From Alistipes sp. (GTDB taxonomy: Bacteria > Bacteroidota > Bacteroidia > Bacteroidales > Rikenellaceae), in NCBI GenBank assembly GCA_017520545.1, contig JAFXFM010000003.1, forward strand, positions 5,062 through 69,061: 64,000 nucleotides of DNA, written 5' to 3'. This document shows positions 1-7,475 of this stretch, one piece after another; the first letter of the stretch is position 1; the number at the start of each line of letters is the position of its first letter. The position numbers and the translations under genes are program-made. The notes beneath the pieces are model-generated. The model saw nothing but the letters and a program-made list of their open reading frames with translations. It searched no databases and was not told the origin of the DNA.

Positions 1-60
1 TTAGTTATGCAAATATAGACAATTTTTGTAACTTTGCGTATTGAATAAGAGATAAATAAT

Positions 61-1266
61 ATGTCGCATTCACAGATTTTACGTCGTCAGTTTCTTGCAA
101 ATGTTGGACAAACCTCGCCCTCGCCGATGTTGGTAGAGGTGGAGCGTGCCGAGGGAGTCTTCTTCTATACCCCCGAAGGAAAACGCTATTTCGACCTTGT
201 GTCGGGTGTGTCGGTGAGCAATGTCGGACACGCCAACCGAGATGTTGTAGAGGCGGTAAAACAGCAGGCAGAGCGATATATGCACATTATGGTCTATGGC
301 GAGATGGTCGAGCGACCACAAGTGGAGTATGCCGTAGAGATTGCCGAGGCGCTACCTGCACCGTTGGAGAGCGTCTATTTCCTCAATTCGGGCGCAGAGG
401 CGGTCGAAGGGGCGTTAAAGTTGGCGAAAAGATATACGCATCGCAGCGAAATGATCTCGATGCGCCGAGCATACCACGGCTCCACCCACGGAGCGATGAG
501 TATGATGGGCGAGCCCGAAGGCGAGGAGTGGAAAAATGCCTTCCGCCCACTATTGCCCGATTGCCGAGCGTTAGATTTCAATTCGATTGAAGATTTACAA
601 AAAATTACCGAAAAAACAGCTTGTGTTTTGTGCGAGCCGGTGCAGGGCGAGGCGGGAGTACGCCTACCCGATGAGGGTTACTTACAGGCACTGCGCAAGC
701 GTTGCAACGAGGTGGGAGCGTTGCTGATTTTTGATGAAATTCAAACCGGTTTGGGTAGAACCGGCGAGATGTTCGCCTGCTCAAAATATGGCGTAACACC
801 CGATATCATCTGCCTTGCCAAGGCTTTTGGCGGAGGTATGCCTCTCGGAGCATTCATCTCCTCGAAGGAGATTATGGACTCATTGCAAACCGACCCCGTA
901 CTTGGTCATATCACAACCTTTGGTGGACACCCTGTATGTTGTGCTGCGGGTTTAGCGGCATTCCGCTACCTCAAAAAACACAACGTTGTCGAGGAGGTCG
1001 AGCGCAAAGGTGCTTTATACGAAGAGTTACTGAAAAATCACCCTGCGGTGCTCGAAATTCGCCGCAGTGGATTGCTTATGGCGGTGGAACTTGGCTCGGA
1101 AGAGCGACTCTTCCGAGTGATGGAGATGTTCAAGGAGGAGGGCATTTTGAGCGATTGGTTCCTCTATTGCGCTACGGCATTCCGTATCTCGCCACCGCTT
1201 GTAATCTCGGACGAGGAGATACGCGAGAGTGTCGAGATTATACTCCGAGTACTTAATAAATTGTAA
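61..1266 (+). CDS. Class III PLP-dependent aminotransferase (acetylornithine/ornithine aminotransferase-like)
   Basis: Motifs NSGAEAVEGALKLA, YHGST, EPVQGEAG, LIFDEIQTGLGRTG and PLP lysine in LAKAFGGGMP. Substrate not determinable. Confidence 0.9.
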   Translation: MSHSQILRRQFLANVGQTSPSPMLVEVERAEGVFFYTPEGKRYFDLVSGVSVSNVGHANRDVVEAVKQQAERYMHIMVYGEMVERPQVEYAVEIAEALPAPLESVYFLNSGAEAVEGALKLAKRYTHRSEMISMRRAYHGSTHGAMSMMGEPEGEEWKNAFRPLLPDCRALDFNSIEDLQKITEKTACVLCEPVQGEAGVRLPDEGYLQALRKRCNEVGALLIFDEIQTGLGRTGEMFACSKYGVTPDIICLAKAFGGGMPLGAFISSKEIMDSLQTDPVLGHITTFGGHPVCCAAGLAAFRYLKKHNVVEEVERKGALYEELLKNHPAVLEIRRSGLLMAVELGSEERLFRVMEMFKEEGILSDWFLYCATAFRISPPLVISDEEIRESVEIILRVLNKL

Positions 1267-1278
1267 CCCCTTGCAGAG

Positions 1279-2724
1279 ATGACGGCTATACCAACACTTA
1301 TAACCCTTGCGCTCTATATCGCCCTGCTCTTTTTTGTGGCGCGACGTTCGGGCCGCAACAGCGACAATGCAAAGTTTTTCACGGGAGGTCGCAACCAATC
1401 GTGGTGGTTGGTGGCGTTGGCTATGGTGGGAGCCCCACTGTCGGGTATAACCTTTATCTCGGTGCCCGGCTCGGTTGCAGTGTCGGGCTTCTCATACCTG
1501 CAAATGGTGTTTGGCTTTATCGTGGGCAGCATCGTAATTGCTTATGTGCTGATACCCCTCTACTACAAGCACAACGTAACATCGCTTTACGAATATCTCG
1601 ATAACCGCTTCGGCGTGCGAAGCCACAAGTGCGGAGCGTGGTTATTTCTTGTATCGAAACTCCTCGGCTCGTCGCTTCGAACATTTGTTGTATGTTTGGT
1701 TGTTCAGCAGCTGCTATGTACGCCTCTCGGAGTGCCATTCTGGGTTACGGCATCGGTGTTTATGGCGTTTGTGTGGCTCTACACCTATCGTGGTGGCGTA
1801 GGCTCAGTGGTGTGGATAGATGCCGTGAAAACACTGTGTATGGTGTTATGTGCCGTTTTGTCGATTGTATATGTGCTGAACGAACTCGACATTCCACTCG
1901 GCGCAGCCATTGCACGCGCCTCGGACGAGGGTTTGACACAGTTGTTTTTTGTGGAGGACTGGAACGACAGCCGCCACTTCGTTAAGATGTTCTTTGCGGG
2001 GGTCTTTATGATTGTGGCGATGACGGGTCTCGACCAAGATATGATGCAACGCGCATTGAGTAGTCGCACGCAGCGCTCGGCGCAACGAAACGTCATCTTT
2101 TCGTCGGTCTTGCAGACGGTAATCATCACTCTTCTGCTCCTATTGGGCTCACTACTATACCTCTATATCGCCGATGCGGGTGTAGAGGGTGCAAATGGTG
2201 ATGAGGCTTTTGCGGCAGTTGCAATGCACGAAGGGGTGCCGATGATAATATCCATTTTGTTGGTGCTGGGAGTAACCTCCGCGACATTCTCCGCTACGGC
2301 AAGCGCACTAACAGCACTTACAACCTCCTTCTCGGTCGATATTTTGCGCAAGAAGGATATTGCCGAACAATCGCGTAAGTGGGTGCACGCAGCGATGGCG
2401 ATTATCTCCGCTCTGCTTGTCTTGGCGTTCGAGTATTGGCGCAACGACAGTGCAATAAACCTTGTGTATAGCCTTGCGAGTTACACCTATGGACCTCTGC
2501 TCGGAATGTTCGCCTTTGGCATCTTCTCGAGGCGCAAGGTGTGCGACCGACTTGTTCCGATAGTAGCAATCGTGGCGATGGCTATTTGCGTGGTGTTGGT
2601 GCGTTTTTCGGACGTTCTGTTCGGTGGTTACAAATTCGGCTCGGAGGTGCTATTGGTAAATGCCGCACTGACGATAGTAGGGCTATTCATTATAAGTCGC
2701 AAATCGGTAATGACAGAAGAATAA
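1279..2724 (+). CDS. Sodium:solute symporter (SSS) family transporter
   Basis: About 13 hydrophobic segments; FFTGGRNQSWW, SGITFISVPG, GLDQDMMQRALS are typical of Bacteroidetes SSS proteins. Confidence 0.9.
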   Translation: MTAIPTLITLALYIALLFFVARRSGRNSDNAKFFTGGRNQSWWLVALAMVGAPLSGITFISVPGSVAVSGFSYLQMVFGFIVGSIVIAYVLIPLYYKHNVTSLYEYLDNRFGVRSHKCGAWLFLVSKLLGSSLRTFVVCLVVQQLLCTPLGVPFWVTASVFMAFVWLYTYRGGVGSVVWIDAVKTLCMVLCAVLSIVYVLNELDIPLGAAIARASDEGLTQLFFVEDWNDSRHFVKMFFAGVFMIVAMTGLDQDMMQRALSSRTQRSAQRNVIFSSVLQTVIITLLLLLGSLLYLYIADAGVEGANGDEAFAAVAMHEGVPMIISILLVLGVTSATFSATASALTALTTSFSVDILRKKDIAEQSRKWVHAAMAIISALLVLAFEYWRNDSAINLVYSLASYTYGPLLGMFAFGIFSRRKVCDRLVPIVAIVAMAICVVLVRFSDVLFGGYKFGSEVLLVNAALTIVGLFIISRKSVMTEE

Positions 2725-2748
2725 AAGGTGGGGCGCACCCCACCTTTG
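2724..2748. terminator. Bidirectional intrinsic terminator between convergent genes
   Basis: AAAAGGTGGGG-CGCA-CCCCACCTTTG hairpin. Confidence 0.7.
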
Positions 2749-2769
2749 TAATGCTTGTGTGTTGGTTTG

Positions 2770-3312
2770 TTATTTAAATAGCGAGCCGAAAGCCTCGGCA
2801 GCCGATTGCATCTTCTCCTCCATCTTCTCGGCAGCAGCCTGCACCTTCTCTTCGGAGAGGTTTTCCCTCATTTTGCTCTCAATTTTTGCCGCAGCAGCCT
2901 GCACCTTCTCCTCGGTAATGTTCTGCTCGATAACCTTGGTTGCCTTCATAACCAGACTATCCACCTTCGCCTCCAGCTTTCCGTCGGCAGTGGCCGCCTC
3001 AATCTTTGCTTCGAGGTTCTCCAACGCAGCTTCAACCTTCACCTCCGAGTTCTCCAACGCCGCTTCCAGCCTCTCCTCGGCAACCTCCAAAGCAGCGACA
3101 ACCCTCGCGATAAATGCTACGCGCTCATCTTCCGGTAGCTCTTCGGCATATACGAGTACCTCGCACATTGTTGCCTCAACACCCGCCAAATCGCCACTCT
3201 CGCCGAGTTCTACAATCTGCTGGGCATACTCCTCCGCCTTGCTCTCGCTCGATGCGCACGCAACCATCAATGCTGCACACGTAACAATACCCAACATCAG
3301 CAACTTCTTCAT
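2770..3312 (-). CDS. Ala/Glu/Lys-rich helical lipoprotein, hypothetical
   Basis: Signal MKKLLMLGIVTCAALMVA-C; internal repeats EKVQAAA(A/E)K(I/M)E and AALEN. Confidence 0.8.
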   Translation of the reverse strand: MKKLLMLGIVTCAALMVACASSESKAEEYAQQIVELGESGDLAGVEATMCEVLVYAEELPEDERVAFIARVVAALEVAEERLEAALENSEVKVEAALENLEAKIEAATADGKLEAKVDSLVMKATKVIEQNITEEKVQAAAAKIESKMRENLSEEKVQAAAEKMEEKMQSAAEAFGSLFK

Positions 3313-3352
3313 AATAAATGTTTTAAGAGGTTATATATTATCGTTATATGTA

Positions 3353-3377
3353 AAAAAAAGTGGGGCAAAAGCCCCAC
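3353..3377 (-). terminator. Intrinsic terminator of the small lipoprotein gene
   Basis: Minus strand GTGGGGC-TTTT-GCCCCAC followed by a T7 run. Confidence 0.75.
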
Positions 3378-3407
3378 ATTCTGTCAAATAATCAACTAAG
3401 TGGTTAA

Positions 3408-3587
3408 TTATTTAGCTGGAGTCTCAGCAGGAGCCTCAACTGGTGCCTCAGCAGGAGCCTCAGCAGGAGCCTCAACAGCCTCAACTGCAGGAGCCTCAGC
3501 AGGAGCCTCAGCTGGCTTCTGAGCATTACCACAAGCAACCATCAAAGTAGCGCAAGCAATAGCTGCGATCATCCACATCTTCTTCAT
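3408..3587 (-). CDS. 59-aa Pro/Ala/Glu-repeat lipoprotein (absent from the ORF track)
   Basis: Translated by hand: MKKMWMIAAIACATLMVACGNAQKPAEAPAEAPAVEAVEAPAEAPAEAPVEAPAETPAK*. It has a lipobox, a -7 promoter (TATGTTTG, minus strand 3631-3638) and a terminator. Confidence 0.85.
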   Translation of the reverse strand: MKKMWMIAAIACATLMVACGNAQKPAEAPAEAPAVEAVEAPAEAPAEAPVEAPAETPAK

Positions 3588-3741
3588 AATTCTAAACGTT
3601 TAAATAGGGTTTAACTTAAACTTGTCAATGCAAACATAACATTTTAAATCGACATTTGCAAATTTTTTCTCAAAAAACCGACACACAAAGCCTATATAAA
3701 GCGATTATTTCCCAAATTTATGTTATTACGACCCCTCAATA

Positions 3742-5052
3742 CTACTCGTCCAAGCGAATAATGTTGGCTCCGATAGCATTCAATCGACCCTCGATATCGC
3801 GATATCCGCGATCTATCTGGTCGATATTCTGAATGGTGCTTACGCCATCGGCACTCATAGCCGCAATAAGCAGTGCTACGCCGGCACGAATATCGGGCGA
3901 CGACATCTTTGCCGCACGCAACTGATGCTCGTGATTTTGTCCGATAACAGCTGCACGGTGAGGATCACAGAGAATAATTTGCGCACCCATATCTATCAAC
4001 TTATCGACAAAGAACAGACGGCTCTCGAACATCTTCTGATGAATCAATACCGTACCCTTTGCCTGTGTTGCCACAACGAGAAGCACCGACAAGAGGTCTG
4101 GTGTAAGTCCCGGCCACGGCGCATCGGCAATAGTCATAATTGAGCCGTCGATAAAACTCTCTATGCGGTAGTGGTCCTGTTGTGGAATGTAGAGGTCGTC
4201 GCCTCGACGCTCCATAGCGATACCAAGACGTGCAAATTGCGCCGGAATAATTCCAAGATTCTCGAACGATACACCCTTAATGGTTAGCTCCGAGCGGTTC
4301 ATCGCCGCCATACCGATAAAGCTACCAACCTCAATCATATCGGGTAACATTTTGTGTGTTGTGCCTCCAAGAGACTTTACACCCTCAATTTCGAGGAGAT
4401 TCGAGCCTACGCCCGAAATTTTTGCGCCCATACGATTGAGCATCTTGCACAATTGCTGCAAATATGGCTCACAAGCAGCGTTGTAAATCGTTGTCTTGCC
4501 CTCTGCCAACACTGCTGCCATAACTATATTGGCGGTGCCCGTAACCGAAGCCTCGTCAAGCAACATATAGCAACCCTTCAACTTGTCGGCCTTAACCGAG
4601 AAGAATGCTTCGGCGGCATCGAAATCGAACTCGGCACCGAGCTTCTGGAAGCCGATAAAGTGGGTATCGAGGCGACGGCGTCCGATTTTATCTCCTCCCG
4701 GCTTCGGAATGTATCCCACACCAAAACGAGCCAGAAGCGGTCCTACAATCATCACCGAACCACGCAAACGTGAACAACGATTGCGATAGTCGTCGCTGGT
4801 GAGGTAGTCGAGGTTTATATCTTTCGCGCAGAACGAATAGCACTCCTCCGACAAACGCTCTACCTTAACACCCATAGCCTGCAATAACTCTATGAGGTGA
4901 ATGATGTCGAGAATCTGTGGAATGTTCTCCACGATAACCTTCTCCTCGGTTAAAAGAGTTGCGCAGATAATTTGCAACGCCTCGTTCTTTGCGCCTTGCG
5001 GCTTAATCTCACCCGAGAGGCGACGTCCGCCTTCAACCTTAAAAATTGCCAT
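3742..5052 (-). CDS. murA: UDP-N-acetylglucosamine 1-carboxyvinyltransferase
   Basis: GAKNEAL, RGSVMIVGPLLARFG, PGGDKIGRRRLDTH, SVTGTAN, PWPGLTPD, DIRAG, IDRGY. Confidence 0.97.
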   Translation of the reverse strand: MAIFKVEGGRRLSGEIKPQGAKNEALQIICATLLTEEKVIVENIPQILDIIHLIELLQAMGVKVERLSEECYSFCAKDINLDYLTSDDYRNRCSRLRGSVMIVGPLLARFGVGYIPKPGGDKIGRRRLDTHFIGFQKLGAEFDFDAAEAFFSVKADKLKGCYMLLDEASVTGTANIVMAAVLAEGKTTIYNAACEPYLQQLCKMLNRMGAKISGVGSNLLEIEGVKSLGGTTHKMLPDMIEVGSFIGMAAMNRSELTIKGVSFENLGIIPAQFARLGIAMERRGDDLYIPQQDHYRIESFIDGSIMTIADAPWPGLTPDLLSVLLVVATQAKGTVLIHQKMFESRLFFVDKLIDMGAQIILCDPHRAAVIGQNHEHQLRAAKMSSPDIRAGVALLIAAMSADGVSTIQNIDQIDRGYRDIEGRLNAIGANIIRLDE

Positions 5053-5070
5053 AACTATATTTTTATTTGA

Positions 5071-6375
5071 TTATTTTTTCAAAAATTTCTCACGGAACCA
5101 CACTCGTCGAGCCTCCTCCTGCTCTACATAGAGCCAGTGTCCTATCTCGTTGTAGAGGGCTAACTCCTTCGGTGCAGCAATAACATTGTAAACCGAAAAC
5201 ATAGAGGTCGGACAACAAGTTGTGTCGTTGTAACCGCAAGCCATAACACCCGGAACTTTCACACCACGTGCAAAATTCACAACATCGTAGTATGGTATGG
5301 TCTTCAACGCCTTCGCCTTATCCAAATTCTTATCCATATCGGTACGGAAAAGGTGCGGCCAACCACCACCGCGACCATTGAGATATCCCGTCATATCGGC
5401 AAGTGCAGGATAGTGTGCGTAGTAGTATTTCACTTTTGGATTGAGATAGGTGGTAACGAAAGACAAGGCTCCGCCCTGACTATGACCACATACGCCAATA
5501 CGCTCGCTATCTACGTAGTCGAGCTCCGACAAGAAGTCGATTGCTCGCGCACAGCCGATATAGACACGCTTGTAGTAGTATTGGTCGCGATCCTGAATGT
5601 TGAAGCGGTTATAGTTTGCCAACGCTCCACGCGAAAGGTTGCGGTAAGCCTCCTTCGGAAGATTTACGGGTATGCTGTGAATACCCACCTGCAACACTAC
5701 AAAGTCAGCCAAATCCAACTCCGTCATCGGGGTTAGCGAGCGCACACCCGCACCCGGAACACGCAAAATTGCAGGGTGCTTACCGGGCTTGGTCGGCACT
5801 GTCATCAAACCGTGGAAATAGACCTTCTTCTTGTAGGTCTGATACTGCACGTAGTATGCGGTATAGGTACCCGTACTCAACTCGGGAGCAGGCGTAATTT
5901 TAGGCTCCATCGGAATCTGAGCACTCTCCGCCAAAGCCTTCTGCCAGAAAGCATCAAAGTCGGCAGGATACTCCACCGTAGGCTTAATTTTTTCCACCTC
6001 GAAGCCCGCAGTAGCCAACCCCGTATAGGTAAAGCCGCCGTGCTTAACCGTTACCGCACAGCGCAAAAAGCCTGGGACCTTCATCGTGCCGAGCTTGATA
6101 ACGCCTTCACCCGCCTTCAAAACCATCTTTTCGCTCTTGTGTGCCGGCATATTATCCTCCGATAGCTCGTACTGTACCTCCACATTCTGCATTGGAGAGT
6201 GGTGCTTCAACACCAGCACCTTGAAAACGGGCTTCTCGCCACATTTGTAGTTCCAATCAAGATGGTCGGGCATAACGATAACCTTCACCGAGCGATCTGT
6301 CGGTGTTGCAGCCGAAACGGCAGAAGCGCCAAAGAGTGCAACAAGTGCAACAACAAGAGAGAGAAGTTTTTTCAT
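5071..6375 (-). CDS. Secreted acetylxylan esterase / cephalosporin-C deacetylase-like (CE7-type) alpha/beta hydrolase
   Basis: GHSQGG nucleophile, DTTC and IGHW acid/His candidates; signal peptide from MKKLLSLVV (track start 6399 is 8 codons upstream). Confidence 0.8.
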   Translation of the reverse strand: MKKLLSLVVALVALFGASAVSAATPTDRSVKVIVMPDHLDWNYKCGEKPVFKVLVLKHHSPMQNVEVQYELSEDNMPAHKSEKMVLKAGEGVIKLGTMKVPGFLRCAVTVKHGGFTYTGLATAGFEVEKIKPTVEYPADFDAFWQKALAESAQIPMEPKITPAPELSTGTYTAYYVQYQTYKKKVYFHGLMTVPTKPGKHPAILRVPGAGVRSLTPMTELDLADFVVLQVGIHSIPVNLPKEAYRNLSRGALANYNRFNIQDRDQYYYKRVYIGCARAIDFLSELDYVDSERIGVCGHSQGGALSFVTTYLNPKVKYYYAHYPALADMTGYLNGRGGGWPHLFRTDMDKNLDKAKALKTIPYYDVVNFARGVKVPGVMACGYNDTTCCPTSMFSVYNVIAAPKELALYNEIGHWLYVEQEEARRVWFREKFLKK

Positions 6376-6467
6376 TTTATCTATGGTTTTTGGTTTCATT
6401 TGGTACGAAGATAGTAAAAATTTTCGTAAAAAGCGATGTAGACAACATATAAATTTTCAAAATGTTG

Positions 6468-6475
6468 TATCTTTG
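6468..6475 (+). promoter_or_regulatory. Bacteroidetes sigma-A -7 element of rnpB
   Basis: TATCTTTG matches TAnnTTTG just upstream of the rnpB 5' end. Confidence 0.75.
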
Positions 6476-6479
6476 CAAC

Positions 6480-6834
6480 GCAGATTCGGTTCATCGCTGC
6501 CTCGACGAGAGGGGGAGGAAAGTCCGAGCAACACAGAGCACCGTGCAAGTTAACGGCTTGATATTCGAGAGGGTATAGTAGTGTAACAGAAAATAACCGC
6601 CCGGGCAGTAAGCGTCTTTCGGCGCGTCAGGGTAAGGGTGAAAAGGCGGGGTAAGAGCCCACCGCGAGGGCAGCAATGTCGCTCGGTCAGTACGCCTCAC
6701 GGGTTGCAAGGTTATGTATATCGGCAATTAAGGGTTGCTCGCCCGATGCCGAGGGGTAAACCGCTAGAGGTGGCAAGTGATTGTCATCGTAGATAAATGA
6801 TGAACTAAAACAGAACTCGGCTTACGGGGTCTGC
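6480..6834 (+). ncRNA. rnpB: RNase P RNA, bacterial type A
   Basis: GAGGAAAGTCC (6515-6525) and ACAGAACTCGGCTTA (6810-6824) are the universal P4 strands; P1 formed by GCAGATTC / GGGGTCTGC; GGGTAAGGGTGAAAAGGCGGGGTAAGAGCCCACC core. Confidence 0.97.
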
Positions 6835-7325
6835 AAATTTGTCCCTGCACCCTCTTGGTGTGGGGACTCTTTTTGGTTACCTTGAAAGAAATACCACCGT
6901 AAGCCGAATTGTGTGTTACCCACCCCCAAACCCCCTCCTGTGAGGGGGCTTATTACGGGGTCTGCGGTTTTGGGGAAGGCTTTGCGAAATGTGCAAGCCT
7001 TCTTCTTTTTGTAAGGCACTCCCGCCCATAAGCCGAGGAGTGTGTTACCCACTCCCAAACCCCCTCCTGTGAGGGGGCTTACGTTACGGGGTCTGCAAAT
7101 TTGTCCCTGCACCGTCTTGGTGTGGGGACTCTTTTTGGTTACCTTGAAAGAAATACCACCGTAAGCCGAGTTATGTGTTACCTATCCCCCAAACCACCTT
7201 TCTGTAAAGGGGGCTTATTGTTGGGATCTGCGGTTTTGGGGAAGGCTTTGCGAAATGTGCAAGCCTTCTTCTTTTTGTAAGGCACTCCCGCCCATAAGCC
7301 GAGCGTTGTGTTACCCAAACTCCCT
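6822..7325 (+). repeat. Tandem mosaic array of ~131-bp units (A-B-A-B) downstream of rnpB
   Basis: TTACGGGGTCTGC at 6822, 6953, 7084 and degenerate ending at 7231; linker TAAGCCGA..GTGTTACC..CCCAAACC four times; two alternating inner segments, each a hairpin plus T-run. Confidence 0.92.
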
Positions 7326-7418
7326 ATAACCCATAGCGTTCTCTATTGCGCCCGTCATTAAGCAGTCTGCAAGACTGTGCTGTCATTCAATGCCATTCAA
7401 TGCCATCAAATTTGGCGC

Positions 7419-7456
7419 AAAAAGAGCCCGCCTAACGCAATAGTTAGGCGGGCTCT
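7419..7456 (-). terminator. Intrinsic terminator of the 705-aa gene
   Basis: AGAGCCCGCCTAAC / GTTAGGCGGGCTCT 14-bp stem, T-run on the minus strand. Confidence 0.85.
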
Positions 7457-7475
7457 GTCTTCTATAAGAATCTGG

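Noticed and set aside
6491-7112. Short minus-strand ORFs (78 and 96 aa)
   Set aside because: They overlap rnpB and its repeat array antisense and have no coding features.
6822-7325. CRISPR interpretation of the rnpB-downstream array
   Set aside because: Constant part is ~65 bp, the spacers recur (A-B-A-B) and are themselves terminator hairpins, and there are no cas genes.
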